A stretch of DNA of 64,000 nucleotides from Octopus bimaculoides (taxonomy: Eukaryota): positions 94,270,556 to 94,334,555 of the forward strand of contig NC_068988.1 of assembly GCF_001194135.2 (NCBI RefSeq), written 5' to 3'. Of the stretch, positions 1 through 12,715 are shown piece by piece (within the stretch, counting starts at the first letter, position 1; each line of letters starts with the position of its first letter). Made by a program: the position numbers and the translations under genes. A model generated the notes under the pieces. That model searched no databases. It had not been told where the DNA came from and worked only from the letters and a program-made list of their open reading frames with translations.

Positions 1-28
1 ATTACTGAAGATTATCACCAGTTCAATT

Positions 29-165
29 GCTAAACCTTCATCGCTAAACCTTCATCGCTAAACTTTCACCGCTAAACCTTCACCGCTAAACCTTCACCGC
101 TAAACCTTCACCGCTAAACCTTCACCGCTAAACCTTCATCGCTAAACCTTCATCGCTAAACCTTC
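29..165. repeat. 14-bp minisatellite GCTAAACCTTCA(T/C)C, about 9.8 copies
   Basis: Units read directly at 29, 43, 57, 71, 85, 99, 113, 127, 141 and a partial unit at 155. One unit has C>T (GCTAAACTTTCACC). Confidence 0.97.
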
Positions 166-1679
166 TTGATACGTTACATCTCAATTTAAACTATATTGTT
201 TATATACAGAATGTTGCCATTTCCCCTAGGTTATTTTTCGGAATACTAGTTCATTCCCAATAAAAGGATGCACTTTCAGTTTACCTTTAACCATCGATTA
301 ACTTGATTCCATATCAAAATAAAATTATTGTAGGAGATACGCGAAAACAGTGTTTTAAGTAGACATACATTTAAATGAAATCAAATATGTTCGTTCAGGT
401 CAGCTATGTCCCAATCAGATTTGAACTGATTTAAATGTTCGCTAAATAAAATTAATATGCAAGAAGCGTATAGTCTCACGCATGTATCTCGAAAGGGTTT
501 TTATTCAGTTCGCTTTCGCGTGTTTGCACGCACGGGCGAAGGGTTTTGCGTATGTCTATGTGTATGAAATTGTGCTTCCTTCAGTTAAGAATGAATCCTG
601 ATTTCTTCTATGGGTAAAAACTAATCTATTTATTGTCGTTGTCGCTGCTGAGTTGCATTGGTCGTCGTTATTGCCGTTGTTGTTGTTGTTGTTGTTAATG
701 CCAAAACGAAGTTTGATGGAACAGCACCGTCATCAAATGTGCCACAGCCAAGTCCATCCTTTGTTTCTCTATCTACAAAGTAATAAAGCTATATATTGTA
801 ATGTGAAGGAGAATAGTCTGTTAGATGAGCCAAAAATAACAAAAGACAGTGGACTGACAGAATGAGTTGAGGGTCGAGGACGGAGTACCTTGGAACATTT
901 AGTTTCACGGAGTTATTGTTTTACTTCAAATTCTGACTGCTAATCTACTTATTTTTCCTTGTTTTGTCTGTCGTAAAGAGGTAATGATGCAATATAGTCT
1001 ACCCGCTCACATATACACACTAACTCAATACACTTTATGGCCTTGTGCCTATGATTTAAGTTGGTATACAACTTTTGCTATGGTTGTTGCAGATGTCAAC
1101 ACCCATTGCTATTATAAACTATGCTAAGCAGTTTTGCATCTTCAGCTGATTTCAAGCTACGTTTTCTTTCATGTGTGTATATTTTACATAGATTTAACTC
1201 CGAAAATAAAACATGTTATCAGTCTTTATTTCACATATATGACTACATAATGAGTGTAGATATCCCTACGTGTGGTGGCATGTCTTGAATACTTCTATAC
1301 ATACATATATATATATGTATATATATGTGTGTGTGTATACATGTTGATATAAATATATATATCAATATGTAGGTGTGCATATGGGCATATATGTGTGTGT
1401 GCTTGTAGCTATAAATATATATATATATCAATGTGTATGCGTGTATATATGAGCATATATATGTGAGTGTGTCAGATGTATGGACAGATTTGTGTAACTG
1501 GGTGGAAATATGTACGTAGATGCGTGTGTCTATTTTCAGATATATATTTACGTACGCGTCTAGATATGTGATTAGAGAAGATGTAGGCTCATCTATATTA
1601 AAATCTGTATCAGTAAGATAATTTTTTAACTCTTACTCTCATGTGATAAGGCCATATAAGTTGCCATTCTTAAGTGTGC

Positions 1680-1765
1680 ATATGTGCATATGTTTACACA
1701 TGTGTGTGTATATGTGCACATGCATATATGTGTGTATCTGTGTATATATATAAATATATATCAAT

Positions 1766-1814
<49 letters not shown>

Positions 1815-1930
1815 TATATGTGCATGTATACTTGTTTATGTATATATATATTTACATGCACATATATATATATACATATTTAGACACACGCATGCCCATA
1901 TGTATGCATGGCTTTGTATGTATGTAAGTG
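1680..1930. repeat. (TA)n/(TATG)/(TG) low-complexity tract
   Basis: Alternating purine-pyrimidine runs; source of the YI/CV-repeat ORFs at 1674-2010. Confidence 0.9.
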
Positions 1931-2928
1931 TGTGCATTTGTGTTTTTCTATGGGATTGTATGATGGGAATGCCAATTTTCTGTGCGTATTACCATTTTGT
2001 TGTACAATAGACGAAATGATAATTCTCCTATCTCAGCTTCCATGTAGTTGCCAGTAAAAAACATAAAACGCCACAGAAAATTAAAATAATAATAAAACAG
2101 AAAAATAAAGAGAATTGAAAATAGAGAAATCGAAATATAAAAAAATAAAAGAATTGAAAAATAAAAATAAGAAAAATGCAGAATTAAATTTATCGATTTT
2201 TGTTAATTTATTTTTTTTTTTATTTTTATCATTAAAAAAAGATTTTATAAAAAAAAAAAAGGAGAAAGTCCATTTTAGAGAATTTACGGTTTTTCCTTCA
2301 CAATGATTAAACTGACTTGTTTTGGCTGTGCTCTACAAGAATTCGATCTAACAACGTTCCTAATGTTCTTTCTCCCAAGTCTCTTGCTTATTGTCATTCC
2401 CCACCCACTCACCATTCTTTACTACAACATTTTTCGTCTTTCTTATCTTTCCCTCTCAATTGGTCCCATTATATCATTCGCGACGTTTCTTTTAACCAGT
2501 CCTACTTCTTCCGCTCCTCATACACCCCTCTCTCTTTTTACCATTCTTCTATTTTTTCAACTCTCACATTCTTGCACTCAATTTTCAATTTACAATTCTT
2601 CGTCCTGTCTTCCAGCTTCTTTTATTTTTACTTTTTATTTATTTATTTTTTTATTTTGCCTGTTTGCCCTTTTTTTTCTTCCTATTCTGCCCTCTTTCAT
2701 TCAATACTTTCTGCTGTCCGATATTTTCCCCCAAAATACAATTCCGTAATATTGTTGATGTATTTGTCTTCGTTGTTTCATTCTCTTTTTCCTATGTATG
2801 CATATGTCTTTTTTTTTCATTGTTGACGTTCAAATTCCTTCGGGGTCAAATGCGGGGAGAAAATTTACATTGCTTTTCTCATCGTGGTCATTTCATCTGC
2901 AAATATTACAACTATTAATATTAACAAT

Positions 2929-3110
2929 AATTACATCGGACTAGGTAATTACACCGGACCCAGTTCTTGACTGCTACTTATTTTATCGGCCTCAAAAAGC
3001 TGAAAGGTAAACCTGACCTCGGCCAAATTTGAAAGCAGAATGTAAAGAAAGAAGAAATGTTACTAAGCAATTTTTCCAGCGTGCTAACGATTCTGCCAGC
3101 TCTTTCACCT
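2929..3110 (-). mobile_element. tRNA-derived SINE family 1 (Meta-domain-like), degenerate copy
   Basis: Reverse complement of the head (GCTGGCAGAATCGTTAGCACGC) at 3080-3102, and central-domain remnants (TACTTATTTTATCG, GAAAGGTAAACCTGACCTCGGC). Confidence 0.85.
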
Positions 3111-3118
3111 GCTATTGC

Positions 3119-3202
<84 letters not shown>
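3119..3202. repeat. (TAA)28 microsatellite
   Basis: Pure trinucleotide array; explains the poly-N ORF at 3057-3293. Confidence 0.98.
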
Positions 3203-3205
<3 letters not shown>

Positions 3206-3817
3206 TAAAATTTCACTTGATTTTGTAAATGAACACTCTGTTGTGTTTATTTTAATGGTTTATCTATGGATACAATGTGTTTCTTTGCTCTAGGTGTCGA
3301 GAGGACACTTGGCAAGAAATGGTGACATAAACTGAAGAGGACAAATGCATAATAATAATATTAATTATTTCTTTTATTTGTCACAAGGGCCCAAGACACT
3401 GGGGGCAATATCAAATGACGAAATATAACACATAAAATGTGTGGCTTACGTCGGGAGTAGCTACCACTGCACGTTCGACACTGAACGATTGACTACTATT
3501 GCTGACGTTACCAAGGCAGGGGACAAAAAACAAAAAAGAACCGGAGAGATCTCTCATAAATTCACTCCGCCATTTTAGCATCCACCGACCATATTGTGAA
3601 AAAGGCAAAAAAATTATAATGTCCAGAAATGATGTAAACGAAAACTCTAAAAAGTGTGGACGCCTGTTTTGTGCGTGAAACATGATGATACATTTTCTAT
3701 GGAAGCGCGAAAGCAACTTCAAAATATTCATCATAATTTAAGCGACGGAAAGGAAGATACATTTAAGAAAAGCCCCCTAAATGATGTTCCAAAATGGAAT
3801 TCCACATGTGAAGCCAA

Positions 3818-3853
3818 CGACGATGATGTTGTTGCTGTTGCTGTTGTTGTTGT

Positions 3854-3908
<55 letters not shown>
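3818..3908. repeat. Compound (GAC/GTT/GCT)-(GAT)18 microsatellite
   Basis: Read directly; explains the poly-D and poly-S ORFs. Confidence 0.97.
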
Positions 3909-3964
3909 AGTATGTGTTCTAATTTAAGCACAATGCTAATCATTTTGAAGAGCGTGAATTTGTC

Positions 3965-4088
3965 GTTACCGTCTACCACGGTACTTGACTGCTATGTTAT
4001 ACCAAAGATTTAAACTCGGCGAGATTTGAAGTCAGAAAGCAAAGTGCTGTAACGCATTTTCCCCGATACTCAGACGATTCTGCCAATT
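3965..4088 (-). mobile_element. SINE family 1, highly degenerate copy
   Basis: GACGATTCTGCCA head remnant, CTCGGCGAGATTTGAAGTCAGAA (B-box region) and GGTACTTGACTG. Confidence 0.6.
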
Positions 4089-4119
4089 TTCATTCTTTCT
4101 CATTTAGATTCAACGCAAG

Positions 4120-4263
4120 TTGTTTTCAGGAGAAGGGAGTGGTCGATATCATCGATTCTTATACTTGACGGTTGTTTCATTTAATCGATCCTAGAAGTTG
4201 CTTTAGCAAGATTTGTACACCGATTGTAAACTTATTTCGTCCAACGCTTTGGCGATTCTGCTA
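4120..4263 (-). mobile_element. SINE family 1, highly degenerate copy (tandem with 3965-4088)
   Basis: GGCGATTCTGCTA head remnant, TTAATCGATCC, and GGTCGATATCATCGA tail region. Confidence 0.55.
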
Positions 4264-4362
4264 AACAGTTTCTGTGAAAACAAAAACAAACCTAAAACTA
4301 CAAAAGCACCGACAGTAACATTAAATCATACGCACATACATGAATTCACATGTATGTTTGTA

Positions 4363-4590
4363 TTGGGTTGTCCAGAAAGTTCGTGCCGATTTTTGAAGGA
4401 AAGAAAAAGGTCAATAAATACTTGCCATTACATTTTTAATCAACCAAATATGAACCATTTTGTTGCACAATGCGTCTCCATCTTTCCTTTAACTTGAAAA
4501 TACCCTCTTCCCAGAATTGAGGTGGTTTTATGGCAAATAAGTCGGAAGGTAAGCTACTATAAATCGTCACGAACTTTCCGGACAACCCAA
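4363..4590 (-). mobile_element. Internally deleted mariner transposon (MITE-like), 30-bp TIRs, TA TSD
   Basis: TIRs TTGGGTTGTCC(A/G)GAAAGTTCGTG(C/A)CGATTT match at 28/30. TA at 4361-62 and 4591-92. Minus strand 4537-4436 encodes FAIKPPQFWEEGIFKLKERWRRIVQQNGSYLVD*, a typical mariner transposase C-terminus. Confidence 0.95.
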
Positions 4591-5228
4591 TATAATGATA
4601 CTTATCATGGGTATTAGTATCAACATCATCACTCATTGAATCGAGTTTACTAATATTCAAGTATCCCTGCTCCTGCACTCATCTTTCTCACTTCCATGGC
4701 ATGAGATATTTCCTGTCACTGATGTGAGTGAATATTAAATATTATACAAGATAGCTCCCTGATTTCCTGAAATTTTGTCCGCTTCGAAGGATGGAAGAAC
4801 GATCACTTGGTGTCAATTGGAACGAACTACGAATTAGAAATTAAAATAATTTCATCAATGAGAAATTCTCCAAAATAGATATGCCATCATGAAAATGACG
4901 GTTTGTCTAGAGACAAAGGGCTGTAACTCTGGATACGTTTTTCTGCCTCAATAGGCGTTCTCAGCATGGGAGTATAGCAAGTAGTAGTTCCATAAAGGGA
5001 TCGCAAATGAACGGAAACAAATAACTTTGAGAGGTGAGTGACATATATTTGAACAACACATACGTATAAGAATATATTAAATATCATACAAGATATATGA
5101 ATGGCTGGATATGTTATATTATTAATAGATCTAGAGCAAGTTTGAAACATCTTGGTAGCATTTCAAATCTAAGCTATATTCACAAGACTCGGAGCGATTT
5201 TGAAGTAAATATTGATTTTTCTCTAATT

Positions 5229-5302
<74 letters not shown>
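5229..5302. repeat. (TAC)n microsatellite
   Basis: Pure array; explains the poly-Y ORF. Confidence 0.98.
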
Positions 5303-8300
5303 TTCTTGTACTTATTAAAATCTATTTCTTGATCAAATATTTGAAGTAATTGTTAATATAGTTTAGCGTTTTAAAGCTGTCATCACTGAATATCCGAAAT
5401 TTCCCATCCAGCGTTATCAACATAGACCTAATGCCTTCAATGTCGTTGTGCCGACCAGAAGTATTGAAGCAAACACACCAAAGCACGAACATTGTGATTC
5501 TTCATTTGGATTCTTACAACCATTCAATAACCATTTAGTGGTGCCTATTTTGGTGGGTTTGTGCCACTAATTAAGTATTGTTCTTCATGTATAAATGATA
5601 TATGCTAATTCAGTAATTAATTTCCATTTTGCATAATAAAATTTACATAATGCTTAAGTAGAATAAAATGAAGCTTCATCACTATTCACTTGATGGGGTT
5701 AGACTGTCTGAAATCCTTTACGTTTTATTCTCTCGGTGTTCATGATATATTCGACGGAACATATTTAGATTGAAATGAAAACGAACTCAGAATATATGGC
5801 TCCCTAATTGACTGTGAACTTTCACTTAGTTTCAAACTAAATTCCACTTATAGTTCACTAATGATCGCCATTTATTAGTATGCAAAGTAATCATAGTCGC
5901 CGGCCAAATAGCATCGTCGAATTTTTATCAATCAAAGGTACCGAAAGCATATTTGTTGAAGTATTATTCAAAATTTTAGACATTAAGGGAATTCGGACTT
6001 TGAAATGCAGCGTTTTATTACAACCAGTAAAGAAAACAGGTGTCTCTGTAGAACATCGAAATTATATATGTAAATAGAAGCAAATTTTCACATTTATTTA
6101 TACAGTTATAACCATTATCTTTGTGAGTCTATAAAAAATATAATAAACCAATATTTTTTATAAACACAAGAGAGGAGAAGAGAGCAAGCTTTAGTCTCGG
6201 TAACCTTAACTTCTAGATGTGAATTATTTCTGTAATATTTTTTGGAGTTTCCCAATGAGAAATGAAATAGTTCTTTCTTTTCATTTCCATTTTCTTTCTT
6301 TTCTTTTTTTTTTTTGTTTTTGTTTGGCTTGCTAAAGGGATAGATTATGTGTCAGTAGTCCACAATCAATTAACAAGAAAAAATGGCTTTTGTTCCGACC
6401 ATGAAATGAAATTGAGATGTATTAAGAGACAGTATACTCAGCCTAGCGTCGTATTGTTGAAATGAATATCTCTAACGAGCAGAAATCATTGTAAATGGCG
6501 AACGTTTCGTTAGTTTAAGTATCTCGGTATAAAATCCGATTATAACTATAGTAAAAAGAATGATGAGCTCCATTACATAGATTTCTACGTGTACACCAAA
6601 TAAATGGCAAATTTCAGTGGTTTGCTGCCAATCAAATAATTTATGAGGTTCACAACAAAAGCTCATTGCAGATACTCTTGCAAGCTGTACGGAGCCAAAA
6701 GACCACGACATTTTCCTAGTGCAAAAACTTTAATTACAAATGATAGACTAAAAATTATGATGTATTTGAGCTGATACTCCTCCCACCAAAATGAGCGGTG
6801 AAGTGTCAATTAAATATTACAACAGATATTTATACACGGAATAAAACGTGTCAAAAACTTGTCATTAGATGAAGTGAATAAAATATTCGTTAGTAGTTAT
6901 ACGATAAAAAAGACCAACAAAGTAATACTGATAGCCTCAAACTAATGCTACAACTACACTAAAATTACTCTTTTGTCAATGTGCGTATTACACGATTCTA
7001 TATCTTATCTCAGTGATTGTCAACAGCTCCGCGATGAGACGGAGAGAAGCCTCAGAAATGTTTTCTCTGATCCTCCAAACTTTTCTCAAACCAAATGCAT
7101 TTGAAGACAATTAAGCACTTAACAGTTTTTATATGTGAGTTATATCTTCATCAGACTTCATTTGTCTTCAATCTCCAGTGACAGATATCTATGTATTTAC
7201 TTTTGGTTTGTATTTGGATATCAATATGACTCCTACAGATAATCTGTCTTTTATTAACTTTTATATGAGACAGTGTTAACAGTTAAATATTTCCCTCTTT
7301 AGTTCCGTACACTATGAAAATATAAATTCGTCTCTCTTTGTTTTCAATGCATTGCATGGTTAATCTAAAAGAACGTGTAATGGTTTTGATTCCTAACACA
7401 AACAGCATTGACCTTTACAATGAATCTATATATTACTCTGGGTTTCAGAACAGATTTCTCTTGTTGAAAGTTGTGTCGCTTCGTGCCGCGGAGATAATTA
7501 ATTTTTAATACAGTTTTTCATTTGTAAAGTATTCTGTTAATTGTGGTTAATTATAAAACATTTTGTTCTGTTTAATGAGGTATTCATTCTATATGAAGAA
7601 CGTATTCGGTTTATATAGTTTAGTAAATATATAGATTGTGTCTTTCTGTCGGCCGTGTGTATCTGCTCAGTGTGTACAAAGGAATAAGATTTTGCATTGG
7701 TAACAACGACTCGCGTTAACGTATTCGAATATTCCCTGTTAATTAATGTTTAACACTTATTTAAAGTGATTTTGTATGATGAAATTATAACAGCTCACTT
7801 GAAGCTGACAACGCCTTTCCTCTGAACACGAATCTACACGTGTGTGATCCTCTCCTGAAGAAACGCACAAAACTAAGAACTAGTGACAACGTAAACTGTA
7901 GCAAGTGTACAGTACTTTTTCTCTAGAAGTTTTGTGAGTGTGTGTGTGTGAGTGTGTGTGAGTGTGTGTGTGTGTGTTTATTCTGAGAAATAGAAAGAGA
8001 TCGAGAAAGAGCGGGGAGTGATTTACTGAATGAAAAGAGTGAGAGGGGAGAGAAAAGGAGAGAGTGTACGATATTTGGTTAAGTGCCTAACTACCTGAAT
8101 TGATAATTTTTATAGCAAATTAACTTTATGGATTGAAAACAGTGAATTTATGATCTGAAATATTTGCAATTAGGATTTTATCAGAACAAGGATTTCTCTG
8201 GAACCCTAATGAGAAGCAAATTGAATTTAATAATGTGAACAGCGTTTACTAAACTGTTCTTCGAATGACTTAAACACTGTCCCCTGCACCCACCGCCCAC

Positions 8301-8610
8301 CAATACGACAAGGGTTGCTTGCGAATCATGAGTCAAGTTTTCAGCGGTAATTTTATTCTTAATAGGAGCAAGGAGACAGATTTTCGTAATTTAGGCTCAT
8401 ATCTTGGACATTAGTATCACTAATTACTCTACATGACCAACTGAACATTCACAAACTACTACAAGAGTTATTGTCGACCAATCAACTTCCCAACGAACTA
8501 GTCAGACTTCCTCATGCTGTCATGTCATCAGATTTATAAACCATATTGTTCAATAAAGATCTCATCAGAGACTTGTCTTGAGCAATAAACACGACAATAA
8601 GGATTTTCGT

Positions 8611-8612
<2 letters not shown>

Positions 8613-8647
<35 letters not shown>

Positions 8648-8686
8648 CGATGATGATGATAATGATGATGATGAGGAGGAGGAGGA
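8613..8686. repeat. Compound (GAC)-(GAT)-(GAG) microsatellite
   Basis: Read directly. Confidence 0.95.
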
Positions 8687-8704
8687 TTTATGCAACTAAC
8701 CGAG

Positions 8705-8915
8705 AATGTTGGAAGTAAAGAATCCTCGTTGACAGACAAGAACTTCAAACGAGACTGAAACAAGCCATTACAAAAACAAAAACAAAAATTTGATAAAAGC
8801 AAAGCTCGACAAAATTTTGTCCGAAAGCAAATGTAGAATCTACAAGAAGGCAGACGAAAGTACCAATAACCGTTGGAATGAATGCAGTATGCTTCCGTTT
8901 GACATAAATTATAGT
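8705..8915 (+). mobile_element. Relic of R4/Dong-like (RLE) non-LTR retrotransposon, CCHC-knuckle region
   Basis: Frameshifted ETE..QAITK..IKAKLDKILSESKCRIYKKADESTNNRWNECSML resembles the ETE..QAL.T..IKAKI.K...KCR.CK..DET..H....CS.L segment of R4-type ORFs (from memory). Confidence 0.65.
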
Positions 8916-9449
8916 TTTCAGTACCTGAGCTCAAAATCACGTCAGCATCCATTGACTCGTTAAAAATACGTTGTCACTAAAATTGTTATCGGCGGGTAAT
9001 ATTCTAATGATGTTTCTACAAACTACACCATTCTATTGATGTCACAGAGGTAGGACATTTTAGACAAGAGACAATGTATTCAGAGGTCAACAGGGCTTGC
9101 AACTTTGCAGTACCAGTTTGTTTCGAGTCAGGTTTCTCTGCTCTTGAAATCTGACAAACCACCTTAATGTTGACAAATGCCACAGGCTAAAGAGATTCTG
9201 ATGTAACTCTAAAGAACATTTCGTTTATTTGCAATTTTAAATTCAACTTCTTTAGGTAGAGAGTCTAAAGGAATAATCTGTTTTAAGTTGACTTGCTCCG
9301 TATATATTATACACAAACTAACAAACAAATGTTGCCTCTCATAATTGATATCAACAGTGGATTCCTAGAAAATAATAAGTCCGACAATTATTCCTAAATA
9401 ATCTGAGCAAACAATCTATTTTAACACTATGATCTATCTCGGAAAACCC

Positions 9450-9560
9450 CTTCAGTGTCGCAGACTCTGCTTATCTCATAACGGTCTTGCCAGCCACATC
9501 TATTCTCATCAGAAGTAATAAGATGGAGGCGGAGGAAGATGAATGTCATGGATCTTTCAT
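9450..9560 (+). mobile_element. Possible RTE-clade LINE 3' end
   Basis: 9453-9518 translates QCRRLCLSHNGLASHIYSHQK*, like the C..C.R.C.S..GL.SH...H terminus of RTE ORFs. The match is short. Confidence 0.4.
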
Positions 9561-9615
9561 AGGCTGTCATAAGCAAACGCACACACACATACACATACAA
9601 ACACATGTAAGCATG

Positions 9616-9650
<35 letters not shown>

Positions 9651-10312
9651 GTAGTATATATTAATATACATATATAGATATTGTTTTATAAGCTTGGATT
9701 TTAGTTTTCAACTTATTTTTCTGTTACACATCCATGATTTTAAGCATGTGAGCAGGTATACTTAAATCTTGGGTCTCCCGGCTATTACCCAACGCTAGAC
9801 AAGGAGCTTTCTTTGACGGAAATATTTCAGATAAAAGATGGTTTCTGATATTTGGCTCATAGTACAAATCTTAATGCTGTCGATACATCTAAAGTCTTAG
9901 AATTGATTAGATATTTATGGACCATACATTAACGTTCAACTCTTAGGATTTCGTAGCGTGTTTTTCTTGCATTTACATTAAGAAGTTAATTTCACTAATC
10001 TAAATTTATTTTCGATTTTCCAATTAAGGTTGTGTTGTACATAAATATTATTTAATTAATTATGCCGCCAACAAACGTGCACTGTGCTAATTGGACTAGC
10101 TATTACAACAAAATTCTAGTGTATGCTTGATTTCCACGGACATCTCTGTTATTTTCTTGAGTGCAATGAGTATATCAAAATTATTCCCATCTGTTTAACG
10201 TTCAATAGCGAAGGCTTAAAATCTTCTGTTAAAATATATTAGATTCATTTAAGGATTTTTCATATAGGCACTTTTTCTACCTGTTCCTGTCGCCACAACT
10301 CGTAACGGTTTT

Positions 10313-10315
10313 ATT

Positions 10316-10358
<43 letters not shown>

Positions 10359-10392
10359 ACATCATCATCATCATTATTATTATTATTATTAT
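10313..10392. repeat. (ATT)-(ATC)n-(ATT)n microsatellite; tail/target of the adjacent LINE
   Basis: Read directly. Confidence 0.95.
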
Positions 10393-10576
10393 CATTGCCT
10401 GTGCACAGCTTCTAACGCTGGAGATGTACTACGGTGTCAGCTGTTCACTGCCAGTGAACTAAGGTAACACCTCTTATTTTTCGAGCTCCTTCCGGAGTAT
10501 TCGAGCGGTTCCAAGCAGTGCTGTTTTCTGCAAGTGCTCCACCCTAGTTGCAGCCCCTATTAGTTCCACGTACATG
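10393..10576 (-). mobile_element. 5'-truncated R4/Dong-like RLE LINE 3' end
   Basis: Minus strand 10575-10474 encodes MYVELIGAATRVEHLQKTALLGTARILRKELEK*, containing the LQK.ALLGTA.ILR end motif of R4/Dong-type ORFs. An ~80-nt 3' UTR follows, and (TAA)n lies on both sides. Confidence 0.85.

Positions 10577-10624
<48 letters not shown>
10577..10624. repeat. (ATT)n microsatellite
   Basis: Pure array. Confidence 0.98.
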
Positions 10625-10635
10625 GAGCGGGCAGA

Positions 10636-10867
10636 AAGGTAGTGAGTTGGCAGAAACGTTAGCGCAATGGACGAAATGCTTAGTAGTATTTCGTCTGTCT
10701 TTACGTTCTGAGTTCAAATTCCGCCGAGGTCGACTTTGCCTTTCATCCTTTCGGGGTTGATAAATTAAGTACCAGTTGCGTACTGGGGTCGATCTAACCG
10801 ACTGGCCCCCACTACCAAATATTTCGGGCCTTGTGCCTAGAGAAGAAAAGATTATTATTATTATTAT
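10636..10867 (+). mobile_element. SINE family 1, full length, tail type A, (ATT)n end
   Basis: A-box-like TGGCAGAAACG, B box GAGTTCAAATTCC, central domain GAGGTCGACTTTGCCTTTCATCCTTTCGGGGTTGATAAATTAAGTACC, and tail GGCCTTGTGCCTAGAGAAGAAAAG. Confidence 0.95.
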
Positions 10868-12394
10868 GTTATCATTTTTGTGACAACGTTCTGTTATAGT
10901 ATTGGCAGTCGGAGAAAGAAAAACACTGAAACGAAAATAAAATCAGTAAAGTAATGAATATGTTTGATAATTATATTTACTTTATAGTTGTGAAAGCAAG
11001 TTTAGAGAAGGGTAAAGAACAACAGGCGAAGATATAACACAACGTAGTGGATAATTTACTCAGTAAACAACCTGCTGAAGTGAAGAAACAGTATTGACGT
11101 CACTGCCATTAAGGAATCTACCGAGGAAGCTGTGTGGTGGAGGTTGTTCCCTTCAATTTCATGGACATTATCAATGTTTTAGTTTTTATATATTGTCTTT
11201 AAAATTTTTTCTTTGGCAATTGTAATAGCCATTTTTATTTTTGTCTGCATTATGCATTTTGTTTCTGTCAGATCTTCTACAATTGATGAAATATCGATAA
11301 CCGCTTAAGAACAGGGTTTGTTCTGTCACCAGTGGTTGACAGTAAAACCCAAGTAAGATATTGCTTACATGCATGAATGCTTCAGGTTGTTAAAATATGT
11401 AAATTTTGTCATAGTTAGGTTTTCTAATTCACTGGAAGCAAACATAATAGAAATGAATGTACATTTCACCTTTTCTTTCATGCATAATTGCTTTTAATAT
11501 CAAAGCAGCATTGTCATATTTGTTTTTAAAAATAGTTTTTGCTGTTGCTTTTGTTTTATCTTTTTAAATTTCTTTTTATCAGTCTTTTAAGTCTCGAAAT
11601 GTAATTTTAAAACATACTACAGATGCACAGCCAAAAATTTCGATAATATATTATTCAAAGCATCCTCACCAACCACATTTATGCTTAGAAAATACCGCCA
11701 CGATTTTGTGCTTCGAAAACCAATTTTGGTTTGTCTTTTCCGAATAAAGAACGTATATGGTGGAGGTAAGGAATGTTGTAGAATCTTGAGTCAAGCGAAA
11801 CTTGTATTCTTCAGAAACGTGATGTGAATTTAATTCTAAGAAATCAGAAGTTAATAACTGCTATATTTACTAACTAATGATGAGAACAAACAATAGTCTA
11901 ATGCTATTACAAAACATTGTTTGTTTCTTTTAAACATGCTGTAGATACGCTTATATTATAAGAAGAAATGATACATACTAATGGTTGACATTTTTCCTCA
12001 AGTTCACAGAATATGAGAATCGAAAGAGTGATCAAAGGTGGGTAACTCGTGTAGTTTCGTCACAATAATGTATCGTATTCCTTTTTTATTTAGATCAAAA
12101 CATATGTTTATGGCCACAGGAGATATGTTATATATTGATGTAATTTTCATTTACTTATTTAACTAATGGTTTTCGGGAAATAACCAGTCCGTTCCAGTTT
12201 CATTTCAAGTTACCTAAATAGTCTTCGTCAACACTAAAAGAATATATGGCTCTTTGCTTAAATAGAAAACATGTGTAGGTATTCTGCTTAATATCCCCGG
12301 CCCACCAATCTTGTACCATTGAGAAAATAAAATGAGTCAGTCATAAGTTGGCTTATATTTTATTTCACGTTCGAAAATGTGTCATGTATGTAAT

Positions 12395-12627
12395 ACTGGT
12401 TTCAAATTTTGCCACAATGCCAGTAAGTTTTTTTTTGGTGGAGGGGGGGGGAGTAAGTCGATTACATCAACCCCTTTCCCCACTGCTCAACTGGTACTTA
12501 TTCCATCGACTCCGAAAGAATAAAAGACAAAGTCGACCTCTTCGGAATTTGAGCTCAGGTCATAAGGACAGATAAGATGCCGCAAAGCATTTTGCCCGGC
12601 GTGTTAACGGTTCTGCCAGCTCCCTCC
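12395..12627 (-). mobile_element. SINE family 1, full length, tail type B
   Basis: Reverse complement of head, B box, central domain, and ...GGCAAAATTTGAAACC tail. Confidence 0.9.
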
Positions 12628-12644
12628 ACTGTCACTCATGTAAT

Positions 12645-12680
12645 ATTGATTCCGAATTTTTGCACAAGGTCAGCAATTTC
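12645..12680 (-). mobile_element. SINE family 1 tail fragment
   Basis: TTTTGCACAAGGTCAGCAATTTC is the reverse complement of the type B tail; abuts (GCA)n at 12681-12710. Confidence 0.7.
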
Positions 12681-12715
12681 GTAGCAGTAGCAGCAGCAGC
12701 AGCAGCAGCAGAAGC

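Noticed and set aside
29-165. Telomere-like or CRISPR-like interpretation of the 14-bp array
   Set aside because: There are no spacers, the unit is not TTAGGG/TTAGG, and the context is eukaryotic intergenic DNA.
2300-2918. Three overlapping 84-169 aa F/L/S-rich ORFs suggesting membrane proteins
   Set aside because: They arise from a T/C-rich low-complexity tract that lacks stop codons by composition.
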